32,000 bases of DNA from Raphidiopsis brookii D9. GTDB taxonomy: Bacteria; Cyanobacteriota; Cyanobacteriia; Cyanobacteriales; Nostocaceae. The notes below the pieces were generated by a model. The model ran no database searches. It was not told the DNA's origin and worked only from the letters and a program-made list of their open reading frames with translations. Below, piece after piece: positions 11,307-21,055 of this stretch (positions within the stretch are counted from its first letter, which is position 1; each line of letters starts with the position of its first letter). Location: assembly GCA_000175855.1 (NCBI GenBank), contig ACYB01000046.1, positions 180,001-212,000 of the forward strand, written 5' to 3'. Position numbers and translations under genes: made by a program.

Positions 11307-12089
11307 TTGTCTATGACTTCACTACGAAATGCTAAATCTCTAATCCCTAATCATTTACTTCCTTGGCTAGAGGTAGTAGCTATTGCTGCTTGGGGAGTGC
11401 TAATCTTGAAGTACTGGCTAACTGATAAACTGAATCTATTAATTCACCCCGATTTCTTTTGGTTAGTCATCCTAGCTGCTATTGTTTTACTGTCCATGGG
11501 TTTTTGTAAAAGTTTACAACTTTGGCACAAAACCCCTCCCGATCAAATCACCAGTAGTGAACAACATATTAATGTGTTTCCCCCTGGATGGAGTAGCAGC
11601 TTGCTATTAGTTGCTGCGATTTTAGGATTTATTATTAGTCCTCAAGTCTTTGCTTCCCAAACAGCACTGAATCGAGAAGTTACCGAAATACTAGGAGCAA
11701 CACGGACTCAACCTCAGGCCTTTCGTGCTAATATCCGTCCGGAAGAGCGAACTCTAATAGATTGGGTAAGAATACTCAATGTCTATCCAGAACCGGACGC
11801 TTATACTGGACAGAAGGTCAAAGTCCAAGGGTTTGTGATTCACTCTGAGGAGCTCAATCTGAACCATCTGATACTAGCTAGGTTTGTGATTACTTGTTGT
11901 GCTGCGGACGTTTATCCCGCTGGATTACCTGTCCAACTCCCCACTACTCGCGACCAATATCCCCCAGATACCTGGTTAGAAGTGGAAGGACAAATGATCA
12001 CGGAAAATATTGCCAGTAAACGCCGACTCACTATTAAGGCTAATTCTATCCGCAAAATTCCCCAGCCCAAAAATCCTTATAGTTATTAG
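11307..12089 (+). CDS. TIGR03943-like family protein, predicted partner of the upstream permease
   Basis: 260 aa; N-terminal TM segments, then GQKVKVQGFVIHSEELNLNHLILARFVITCCAADVYPAGLPV; begins 20 nt after the permease. Confidence 0.78.
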   Translation: MSMTSLRNAKSLIPNHLLPWLEVVAIAAWGVLILKYWLTDKLNLLIHPDFFWLVILAAIVLLSMGFCKSLQLWHKTPPDQITSSEQHINVFPPGWSSSLLLVAAILGFIISPQVFASQTALNREVTEILGATRTQPQAFRANIRPEERTLIDWVRILNVYPEPDAYTGQKVKVQGFVIHSEELNLNHLILARFVITCCAADVYPAGLPVQLPTTRDQYPPDTWLEVEGQMITENIASKRRLTIKANSIRKIPQPKNPYSY

Positions 12090-12128
12090 ACCTATTGGGT
12101 GACTAGAACATGTGAATTAAACTGAGAT

Positions 12129-13664
12129 TTGTTCAGGAATTATTTTCCGTTTCTACCAATGACCAAAATCCATAAATATATTTTGTCTGTTTCACAACTA
12201 GATCGTGCGGCGATCGCCCTGATCTTAGTGTTGGGTTTGCTGATTGGAATAACTATCTTTAAAGGAGATGGTGTAAAACCGAATGTGCGCAATTTTAGTT
12301 GGCAAGATCGACAAATTGGTGCGGAAGATAGGGCATTTAGCCTGGTCTTTAGCCGTCCCATGGACGCTAAAAGTGTGGAGGATAATTTGCAAATCAACCC
12401 ACCACTAGCTGGCAAAATCAGTTGGGCGGGGAGAAGGATGGTTTACACACTATTAACACCAGCTCCCTACGGCACAAATTATCAAGTTTCGTTAACTAAA
12501 GCCAAGGATAAGTTTTCTCGCAGTAAAGATAATAATAGACTAATCAAAGCCTTTACAGGAAAGTTTTCTACTCGAAATCGTGCATTAGTTTATATTGGTG
12601 TAAGTCCCCAGGAATATGGTAGATTGGTGCTTTATAACTTAACCAAAGAGGAGAAAACAATACTTACCCCTAGGGATTTAATTGTTATGGACTTTGAGCC
12701 ATTTCCTCTGGGGGATAAAATTCTGTTTTCCGCTCGTGCAAGTAATAATCCAGATTTGCTATCGGCCCAAATTTACACGGTGACCACAGGGGTAGGTAAC
12801 GGACAAGAAGAAAAATCAGTAGGTAAACTGGGTTTAATATTGGACAATCAGGAATTTCAAAACCTCAAGTTTGATTTGTCCCCCGATGGAGGGACTCTTG
12901 TGGTTCAAAGAGGTAAAAAAGATAATCCTGGGGATTTTGGACTATGGTATTCATCCCTAGATGACCTAGGTTCTAATGGACAACTAATCCTAAAACGCTT
13001 AGAAGGGCAACCAGCAGGTGATTTTGTCATCACACCGGATAGCAAAGCGGTAGCAGTTGCTCAAGGGCAAGGAACTGCAATTTTATCCCTAGCAGGAGAT
13101 ACAAGTAAACCATTGGACTTTTTACCTCAGTTTGGTTTGGTACAAGCCTTCTCTAAGGATGGTTCCCAAGCTGCTATGGTAAAATTTAATAGCGATTACA
13201 CTAGGGATTTATTCTTGGTTACCAATCAGGGGGTTCAGAAACCATTACTAAAAACTTCGGGATCCATACTTTACTGCAGTTTTGATCCTTCCTCACCCAC
13301 TCTCTACTGCTTATTAACTAGTTTAGTATCACAAGATAAATATGTGGAACAACCTTATCTGATGGCTATCAATCTGGATACAAAAAAGTACAAACCAATT
13401 TTAATGTTACCCGTAGGACAAAGAAATGTACAAATGAGCCTAGCTCCCGATGGTTTAGCAGTTTTGTTTGACCAAATTGTACCCGTAAGCAATAACTCCC
13501 TTTCCTTACCACCTAGTATCTTGAAAACTGATGATGGAGAGGCGATCGCCAAAAGTAGTCTATGGTTTATGCCACTGCTACCGATTGCTGAAGATCAAGC
13601 CAAGTCTATGATTAAACCGGAAGCGCTTCCTATAGACGGGTTTAACCCAGTATGGCTGCCATAA
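12129..13664 (+). CDS. Membrane-anchored Ig-like (Big_5-type) domain protein with a WD40-like/TolB-like C-terminal region
   Basis: 511 aa; N-terminal TM helix, then RAFSLVFSRPMDAKSVEDNLQINPPLAGKISWAGRRMVYTLLTPAPYGTNYQV; repeated S.DG/P.G.L propeller-like strands. The start may be at the internal ATG 12159. Confidence 0.65.
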   Translation: MFRNYFPFLPMTKIHKYILSVSQLDRAAIALILVLGLLIGITIFKGDGVKPNVRNFSWQDRQIGAEDRAFSLVFSRPMDAKSVEDNLQINPPLAGKISWAGRRMVYTLLTPAPYGTNYQVSLTKAKDKFSRSKDNNRLIKAFTGKFSTRNRALVYIGVSPQEYGRLVLYNLTKEEKTILTPRDLIVMDFEPFPLGDKILFSARASNNPDLLSAQIYTVTTGVGNGQEEKSVGKLGLILDNQEFQNLKFDLSPDGGTLVVQRGKKDNPGDFGLWYSSLDDLGSNGQLILKRLEGQPAGDFVITPDSKAVAVAQGQGTAILSLAGDTSKPLDFLPQFGLVQAFSKDGSQAAMVKFNSDYTRDLFLVTNQGVQKPLLKTSGSILYCSFDPSSPTLYCLLTSLVSQDKYVEQPYLMAINLDTKKYKPILMLPVGQRNVQMSLAPDGLAVLFDQIVPVSNNSLSLPPSILKTDDGEAIAKSSLWFMPLLPIAEDQAKSMIKPEALPIDGFNPVWLP

Positions 13665-13705
13665 ACTTTATGTTATTTCACAATTATACTAAAGAGAAAC
13701 AAATC

Positions 13706-14828
13706 ATGGTAGATTCAGAAATACAACAGTTAGTAAACTTAAATCAAGAACTAAAAAATAGTTAACAATGATTTATGTCGGAAATTGGAGAAATTAAGCA
13801 AGGAATTAGGCGAAGCGGAAAAAATTCTACAGTGGCAAAAAAAACGCTCCAGCGTCAGCGAATCCATGTTAAATCAGCAGAATCAGGAGCTAACAGCTGC
13901 TCAAGAGCAGATTCAGTCTCTTTCCCAGCAATTGGAAACTGCTTTGCGGAATATGGAAAGTCAGGAGATGTTTATTGAAACCCATAAAGCAGAATCACAA
14001 CTAAATCAACAAAGAATCGCCCAACTAGAAAGAGAATGTACCCTCCTACAAACTAAATGTAGTGAACAATCTCAACAGTTACTACAGTCAGAAAATACCT
14101 GTCGTGAATTAGGTACACGACTTTTAAGACAACAGCGTCAAACCCTACAGTTTAAAGCTGCTTTAGAAAAGTGTTTGGATAATCCTGCTTCTAATGATCA
14201 AGGAGTAGATGATAATGGTTGTTATCTACCAGATATCAATCCTGAGGATAGTAGATTTTATAAAAAACTCCAGTCTTTATTTTCACGTGGGGAACCCATT
14301 AGACCTTGGTCAGCGATGGACTATGTGGAGTCAGAATTTAACCAACCCCTTAATGAAAACACAGAAAACATAATGGATGTCTCCGAGGAGATTTCCCATG
14401 TAGATCAGAGATTGGAAGATATTCTGTCAGTATTTTTTGCTTCTAATCCTGACTTGTCAAGTACATCAGATATGTCACCAACCATATCCACCAATGAGAC
14501 CAGCATGAAAGGTGCGGGTACATCTTTTCTGGGTGGGGAGGAAGATGAACCTAGACCAACCATAATTCCAGAAGGTCTAAAAGATATGAATAATTTACCC
14601 GAACTGAACTTGTTATCTGATAATACCATAAACACTAGTGACCAACAAAATAATTACGATCTACAATGGTCAATTAATACTGTGGAACCTTTAGAGCAAG
14701 ATTCAGAACAGAAATCACCTTCACCTTTGATTTACCCCGGTCGAACGGTGAAAGTGAGAAAAACTTTAGCAGCAGTAGATCTCCCAAATTTCCCACCGCA
14801 ATCTCAAAATCAAGATGGTGGTCGTTAA
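13706..14828 (+). CDS. Hypothetical coiled-coil protein, with an apparent frameshift at the A-run 13753-13758
   Basis: ATG at 13706 gives MVDSEIQQLVNLNQELK. Removing one A continues as IVNNDLCRKLEKLSKELGEAEKILQWQKKR into the listed ORF 13785-14828; corrected length 373 aa. Heptad-rich N-terminal half. Confidence 0.68.
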
Positions 14829-16850
14829 TTAACTCTTCTTAACACGCCTACCAATGGTAATGGCATAATTAATTTCCAGTAATTGTAGCCAAAGTGTGGG
14901 ATAATTGGGTTCCAACCAGGACTGATTCCATTGGAGGAATGGGGAGAACCAGGTTCCCAGCAAAGCGCTTACCAGAGCATGAACACCAAAATTGAAATAA
15001 TTACCTAACCATTTAACTAGATCCTGAAAACCCGCCATTTGCCAAATCCAAATCAACAAAGCAGGATTTTTGCTAGCAGCTTTTATCGCTAGACGATTAA
15101 AGGTTAACCAGTCACAGCGGTCCTTAATAAAATTGTCCACTACCTGTAAAGGTTCATCCACCAGCAAGCCAAAGAAGGTATTGAGCATAGCATTTACCCT
15201 TTGGGGAGGAATAAATTTCCCCGTGGGAACCATCATTCCCTTAGAGAATAACCAAGTTACAGAAACGTTACTTTGGTAGGCACGAATTCCGTTGAGATGT
15301 GTAAAACTCAGTAAGTCGTGTTTTAAGGCCGTGTTCAACAGAGTCGTCAAACGCTCCAGGTTGCGAACCAAAGAACCGAAACCAGTAAATACCAAAGGAG
15401 ATTGTAAAGAAGCGGAATCACCAATGGCAATTATTCGGTTAAAAGCCACCTTACGATCTTTACTACTGGTACTAAAATGCCCGGGTATATAACCAAAAGT
15501 AGCCTTTTTCCAAACCAGCTTATCCAGGTCACAACGGCGATATTCTGGCAAAATTGCGAAAAAGTCCTCATACATTTCCAAAAGGGAACCGGGATTTTCA
15601 CCGTTTACCTGATGATAGTGAAATAGATAAATTGTCAGTTCTTCCCCCTTTCCTGGAAACAACTCCCAAATTAACTGTCTCCCCCTAGAAATATCCCCAT
15701 GGCTATACAAAACATCCCCATACTGGGAATCCCACACCCCAGGAGCGAATCCCTTCTCTATAATAGCACCCACTGTGGGACACACACTATCAAAAGCTCT
15801 ACCACCATTTAATTGCCAAGCTATAGGAGAAGCAGTACCCATAGCATCTATGAGTAACCTACCCCCAACTAGTTTCTCCTTTCCCGTAGTTATACTCTTG
15901 ACAGTTACACTAACTTGTGAAGTAGTTATATCTGCTCGCACAAATTCCGTTTCATCCCAAATATCACCACCAGCATCTCGCAGTTTTTGCCCACATAGGG
16001 TTAATAACGTCTCAGCATCCAGAGCTACATTGAGAACTGTAGGTGTGTGTAATATAGGTGCTTGCAAGTCAGATGGATTATTCGCATCAAAAAATTTATT
16101 AAAACCATCTTTATACTCTCTAGCAATAATAGTTTCTACTTCTTCATTTGTAATTAAGTTTAAATTTATTAAACTTTGAATTTCATCGCGAGAAATATTC
16201 CATTCCCTATTCATTCTGCCAAAAGGTAATCTTTCAATCAGTAGCACCTTATAACCCAATCTGGCCATAACTGCAGCATGGATTGAACCCAAAGCGCCAC
16301 CGATATAGATTAGGTCATAGATTAGGCCAGATGAGTTTTCTGGTGGGGTTGTTTGGTGTTCAAAAACTACTTGACGCGGTTGCTGAGGACTTTTGACACC
16401 TTCGCGCCAACGTTGCTCCCACCAGTAAACACGTTTAAGATCGTATTCCCCATTGGGAATTTTCTGAAAATACTTGACAGTTAGAGGATAATAGGGTTCT
16501 AATTCTGTAAAAATTGACCTTTGGGGGTCAATCTTTGGGGGATCGGGGTATTGATGGGGAAAGCGACTCCGAATACCCATAGTTAAACGTCGTAAAACTA
16601 AACCTTCTCTTCTAAACGGTTTATCTCCCCAACGAAATACCTTCAAGTATGTTGTTCGCTGTACAGACCAAACAAAAATCGAGATTTCCGTAGATAGATG
16701 TTTTTCAACAGACAAACCCTCATTAACTACGCGAACCCCTTGTGGAGTTAGTAATTTTTCTCCATCTCCCGGAACAAACTCTGTTTGTAGCCAGTCCCGG
16801 ACAGCACCACTATCGCTGGTGGGAATTTCTAAGTAAAGAAGCTCTTTCAT
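14829..16850 (-). CDS. FAD/NAD(P)-binding oxidoreductase-like protein with an N-terminal extension
   Basis: 673 aa; LIYDLIYIGGALGSIHAAVMARLGYKVLLIERLPFGR near residue 200 and RLLIDAMGTASP.../IAIGDSASLQSPLVFTGFGSLVRNLERL C-terminal flavoprotein-like motifs. Confidence 0.75.
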   Translation of the reverse strand: MKELLYLEIPTSDSGAVRDWLQTEFVPGDGEKLLTPQGVRVVNEGLSVEKHLSTEISIFVWSVQRTTYLKVFRWGDKPFRREGLVLRRLTMGIRSRFPHQYPDPPKIDPQRSIFTELEPYYPLTVKYFQKIPNGEYDLKRVYWWEQRWREGVKSPQQPRQVVFEHQTTPPENSSGLIYDLIYIGGALGSIHAAVMARLGYKVLLIERLPFGRMNREWNISRDEIQSLINLNLITNEEVETIIAREYKDGFNKFFDANNPSDLQAPILHTPTVLNVALDAETLLTLCGQKLRDAGGDIWDETEFVRADITTSQVSVTVKSITTGKEKLVGGRLLIDAMGTASPIAWQLNGGRAFDSVCPTVGAIIEKGFAPGVWDSQYGDVLYSHGDISRGRQLIWELFPGKGEELTIYLFHYHQVNGENPGSLLEMYEDFFAILPEYRRCDLDKLVWKKATFGYIPGHFSTSSKDRKVAFNRIIAIGDSASLQSPLVFTGFGSLVRNLERLTTLLNTALKHDLLSFTHLNGIRAYQSNVSVTWLFSKGMMVPTGKFIPPQRVNAMLNTFFGLLVDEPLQVVDNFIKDRCDWLTFNRLAIKAASKNPALLIWIWQMAGFQDLVKWLGNYFNFGVHALVSALLGTWFSPFLQWNQSWLEPNYPTLWLQLLEINYAITIGRRVKKS

Positions 16851-16937
16851 TTTCTAGTGATATCTCCCAATGTTTTTGTGATGTTGTTGTAAACGTACCC
16901 AAACTTACCTAAAAAATTTATCCTAATAATTCGCACC

Positions 16938-17171
16938 ATGAATTATCCTATCCCACAGAGTCCTCAAGAGATCGTCGCCCTGCGACAACAACCGGTTGAT
17001 GAAGAGTTAGTAGCCGCCGCCATTGCAGGATTAGTCCAGTTAGGTCGCGCCCAAGGCCAGTCACTGGAAGAATTAACTGCTCAAGTGCTGGAAGAGGATC
17101 CCCTATTAGACCGCCAACAAAGAAGATGGCTGAGCCAGTTGGTAGCGCAGGCATGGGAAATTTTCTCATAA
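16938..17171 (+). CDS. Small hypothetical protein (77 aa)
   Basis: Compact acidic helical ORF in a gap between minus-strand genes; charged, low-complexity-free composition looks coding. Confidence 0.55.
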   Translation: MNYPIPQSPQEIVALRQQPVDEELVAAAIAGLVQLGRAQGQSLEELTAQVLEEDPLLDRQQRRWLSQLVAQAWEIFS

Positions 17172-17180
17172 ATCTTCCCC

Positions 17181-18197
17181 TCATCTCCTGTACTCATCAC
17201 CACAGTCCCCTATCACCTGATATAAATCTCGTGATTGTTGGGAAACCCCATTGATGATTTTGATATCTTCATGATCCAACTCAAACTCAAAAACCCGCTG
17301 ATTATCTACTATATGTTCGCTAATTCCCAGCCTTGCACCTACAATTACACCTGCTACTGCTGGCTGTTTTAGAACATAATTGATAGCTACATTAGCAATA
17401 CTGGCTCGATGCTTATCTGCTATTTGTTTGAGAGTAGCAAGTAGGGATTGAAACAATTGCCATCCACCCCAAGCATCAATCATATTCTTGTACTTTTTCA
17501 AACTAATGGTATTTAAATCAAAACCTCGAGGTTCTCGTTGTCCCAAATATTTTTCGGATAAAAAACCACCGCAAACAGTACCATAGGTGAATAGCTTAAT
17601 ATTGTGTCCTTCACAAAATTTAATCATATTTACTTCTGGTCTTCTATCAACCAGAGAATATTGCACTTGATTGGAAACAATTCTTATGCCAGCTTGGGTG
17701 ATGATTTGTAAGTGTTCCGTATCGAAGTTAGTCAAAGCTAAGTGTTTAATTTTGCCCTGAGCTTGTAACTCTGCCATATATTTTAGGGCATTTAAATAGT
17801 TAGGATTGCCATATTCCCACCAATGAAACTGCATTAGGTCCAAACATGGCACATCCATCCTTTTCAAGGAAATGTTAATATTTTCTTCAACGATAGATTT
17901 AGTCATATTTACAGGACGAGGAACCCATTTAGTGAAGGTTTGAATATTATTAGCTGCCAACCCTCCACGCTGTGCTATTAACTGGCGACGGAACTCCCCG
18001 ATTAAATCCTCTGCTGGTCCATAATGATCTGCCAGATCCCAGGTGGTAAAACCAGCATCAACATATTTGAACATAGAATTTAAGGCATTTTTTGGCACAA
18101 TGCGTCCATGTCCACCAGAAACCTGCCACATTCCATTTAAAATGCGGCAAATTCGTAAATCAGGAGTAAGTTGTAAATAGCTTTTTATAGGTAGCAT
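17181..18197 (-). CDS. Aldo/keto reductase family protein
   Basis: 338 aa; FTTWDLADHYGPAEDLIGEF...NISLKRMDVPCLDLMQFHWW...GKIKHLALTNFD...VQYSLVDRR motifs. Confidence 0.9.
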   Translation of the reverse strand: MLPIKSYLQLTPDLRICRILNGMWQVSGGHGRIVPKNALNSMFKYVDAGFTTWDLADHYGPAEDLIGEFRRQLIAQRGGLAANNIQTFTKWVPRPVNMTKSIVEENINISLKRMDVPCLDLMQFHWWEYGNPNYLNALKYMAELQAQGKIKHLALTNFDTEHLQIITQAGIRIVSNQVQYSLVDRRPEVNMIKFCEGHNIKLFTYGTVCGGFLSEKYLGQREPRGFDLNTISLKKYKNMIDAWGGWQLFQSLLATLKQIADKHRASIANVAINYVLKQPAVAGVIVGARLGISEHIVDNQRVFEFELDHEDIKIINGVSQQSRDLYQVIGDCGDEYRR

Positions 18198-18355
18198 AGT
18201 AGTTTATTTTAATGGATTTAAAAAAAAATGGGTTATATCAACAGACCATAAAAACATTGAGAATCTAGCAAAATAATTGTGGACTAACCATTACATATTA
18301 GGTGAATATATCTAATATATCTTAGATATTGAATGGATGAGATATTTCATAACTT

Positions 18356-18871
18356 ATGTTACACTGTCTTACAGTATGTTATTTACTGTTGAGTATTTTA
18401 CTTGTTAGCTGCTCTGCTCCGAGTTCAGGCCAACTAGATACCACCTTAAATGCTCAGTTACCCCAGTCAAACACTAAAGGTCAATATTTGCCAGTTTCCG
18501 CGCGAATGACCATTGGCAATGGCAAAAAAATTGATTTGGAAGTTGCAAAAACACCAGAACAGCTGATGATGGGGTTAATGTATCGTCCAGCTTTACCAGA
18601 TAACCGGGGTATGTTGTTTGTATTTTCTTCACCCCAACCAGTGGGATTTTGGATGAAAAATGTACCAGTGTCATTAGACATGGTATTTATTAACAGAGGA
18701 GTGGTTAAATATATCAAGACTGCCCCCCCCTGCGAAAATGAACCCTGTCCTACCTACGGTCCAAGAGTGCTAATAGACCAAGTGGTTGAATTAAGAGCTG
18801 AACGGGCCAGGGAATTGGGCCTCAAAATAGGAGACAGGGTGAAAATTGAGGTATTCAAATCGCTCAGGTGA
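18356..18871 (+). CDS. DUF192 family lipoprotein
   Basis: 171 aa; lipobox-like LLVSC near the N-terminus, then EVAKTPEQLMMGLMYRPALPDNRGMLFVFSSPQPVGFWMKNVPVSLDMVFI typical of DUF192. Confidence 0.92.
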   Translation: MLHCLTVCYLLLSILLVSCSAPSSGQLDTTLNAQLPQSNTKGQYLPVSARMTIGNGKKIDLEVAKTPEQLMMGLMYRPALPDNRGMLFVFSSPQPVGFWMKNVPVSLDMVFINRGVVKYIKTAPPCENEPCPTYGPRVLIDQVVELRAERARELGLKIGDRVKIEVFKSLR

Positions 18872-18937
18872 CACATTAAATACTGTCTTTAGGTAACTAA
18901 GAAAAAAGAAACGATATAAGACAACATACTTTACCCC

Positions 18938-18946
18938 GAGGAGGTG
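18938..18946 (+). promoter_or_regulatory. Strong Shine-Dalgarno for the DUF2949 gene
   Basis: GAGGAGGTG located 8 nt before the ATG at 18955. Confidence 0.75.
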
Positions 18947-18954
18947 AAATACAA

Positions 18955-19146
18955 ATGTTCCAATCGAGATACACCCGTCTGCTAAATTTCCTGCAGGAAG
19001 ATTTAGCAATTTCAGCAGCTTCCCTAGCTGTTGCTTTACGTCATACTGAACAAGACACTGGGTCACTAACCATGATCCTATGGCAGTATGGACTAATAAA
19101 TTTAGATCAGTTAGAGCAGATCTATGACTGGTTAGAAACTGTCTAA
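18955..19146 (+). CDS. DUF2949 family protein
   Basis: 63 aa; LLNFLQEDLAISAASLAVALRHTEQDTGSLTMILWQYGLINLDQLEQIYDWLE; strong upstream SD. Confidence 0.85.
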   Translation: MFQSRYTRLLNFLQEDLAISAASLAVALRHTEQDTGSLTMILWQYGLINLDQLEQIYDWLETV

Positions 19147-19263
19147 ATTCCAATCAGGTGTAGTTAAATACATTCATACATTTTTTAGGAATTAAACATG
19201 CCTTTTGATATACTCCCCGACCTGAGGGAATATTGGTAGTGGACCTCAAATTTCACTTTTCAT

Positions 19264-20767
19264 TTATTTCCAATCTTCACCAATGCGAATGGTGAGGTCT
19301 GCATCTAAATCTCCTTGAGCGGACACTTCAATTTGACCTACACCCAATATTTTTCTTAGTTCCACTCCTGGGTGTCTAGTTCCTCTGCGAACAAAGATCT
19401 GGGTTTGGCGTTGGTTTTCAGCCCAATCGGGAACGGTGTAAATATTAGCAAAACCTTTGGATTTGAGGTGATTGATAACTTTTGCAGTCACTTGAGGTTG
19501 ACTGCTGGCATTTTGAATAGCAATTTTTAGCTGAAAAACTGAACGAGAGTCTGACCTGACTTGATAGATATCTACCCCAACATTAATTTTTTAATAAACT
19601 TTGTTGTCCGGTTAGATTCAACCAGTAACTTTCTGGATCTTTACTGAACTTACTAAAGGTACCAGGAAGCATGGTCATCTCAAATTTATCCCGTTCCACA
19701 TTGACGGCAAAATTGGCCAAGGCCATCATCTCCTCCATTCTCAAGTTGGTGTCAAAATACTTACGCATCATACGGGTAAGTTGGGGTAATCGGGGTAGGA
19801 CGACGGGATTATTTAAGCGTTGAACCAGTCCACCAATCAGAGCTTGTTGTCGTTGGACCCTGGCCATATCCCCCACACTAGATTCACGAAAACGAGCAAA
19901 TAATTCCGCCTGTTCACCGTTCAGGGTTTGCCATCCAGTGACCAAATTTATCGGTGTTCGGCCACTTTGATCTTGAGAGGTCATGGATTGGGGTACAAAT
20001 ATATCTACTCCCCCCAACTGATCCACCAGTTCTCTTAAACCACTGGTGGAAATACGAATATACCGATCTATTGGGGCATCACTAAAAGTGCGACTGATCA
20101 CCCGTGCAGCTAATACTGGTCCCCCCTTGGCATTAGCTTCTGATATCTTGCTGAGTCCATCTTCTGGTAAGGACACCATTGTCCCTTTAGGGATTGAAAG
20201 CACCCTTATGGATTTATCACTAGGGTTTAACCGGACTAGTAGCATGGTGTCACTACTACCGGCAAAACTTTCTGGTGAACCATCTAGGGTGCCTTTAATC
20301 GTTTCAACACCCATTACTAAAATATTCATCGGTTTGGATAGCTGGTAAAGGGAAAGTTTATTCCATAAACCATCTGATACTTTTAAATTCTCTCTGTTAG
20401 TTGGTGTATACCCGTCATCTTCTGCTTGCTCTAAGTTACTCCATAGAGGGGTCCATAAAGCAACTGCTGACATCAATAAACCTGATAAAGTGATACTTAT
20501 GGCAAAGGTTAATACCCACAAAAGCCAACCAGGCATACTTAATCCCAGCTTTTCAAAAAGCTGATATGGAATTTCTCCCATTGATTTAATGACTGTTCGT
20601 TGACTATTTACATGCTCTGCCTTCACCTCCGTTCCCAATCCTGGTAAAGGATTTGACACAGGCTGAGTTTCTACTGACATAAGCTGCTGCAGTTTTCCAT
20701 CATGCTCTAAAGCGGTTACCTGTTGAATTCCAAGCTGATTTTCTAACCACTGAACTTCTTTGATCAC
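19264..20767 (-). CDS. LytR-CpsA-Psr (LCP) family protein with C-terminal LytR_C domain, with an apparent frameshift at the T-run 19587-19592
   Basis: MNILVMGVETIKG...SDTMLLVRLNPSDKSIRVLSIPKGTMVSLP... LCP core. The LytR_C-like tail sits in ORF 19264-19491. Removing one base joins them as SLLKINVGVDIYQVRSDSRSVFQLKIAIQNASSQPQVTAKVINHLKSKGF; corrected length 500 aa. Confidence 0.88.
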
Positions 20768-21055
20768 AATTACCTCCCCACTTAATCACTTTTTCATAAC
20801 AATATGTTCATATCAAGCTACAGATTTCTGCTGTCGCAGGCTATAATTCAGATGGTACATAGTAAATTGGGCTTGTAAGGAAACCATTTGAACAACCAAA
20901 TCAACCTTGATCGGAAATTAATGTAGACTACTAGATTTTTAATTCAACAATTCCCTACTGGACAGATGGATTCAGTCAAGATTATCCCAAATGGCATGAA
21001 TAATAAATATAGACTTAATATTGTTTCACAGTAGTTCCCATTTTCCAATAACAAC

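Noticed and set aside
10234-13664. Idea that the permease, TIGR03943 and Big_5-like genes form one new system
   Set aside because: The first two are a known pair and the third has no feature linking it beyond adjacency and orientation.
13775-13978. 67-aa plus-strand ORF starting MSEIGEIKQGIRR
   Set aside because: Wrong-frame reading of the coiled-coil gene created by the upstream homopolymer shift.
18791-19153. 120-aa minus-strand ORF
   Set aside because: Fully covers DUF2949 antisense; the plus-strand gene has a strong SD and recognised family sequence.
19198-19239. Tiny ORF MPFDILPDLREYW
   Set aside because: Only 13 codons, no supporting conservation or structure evident.
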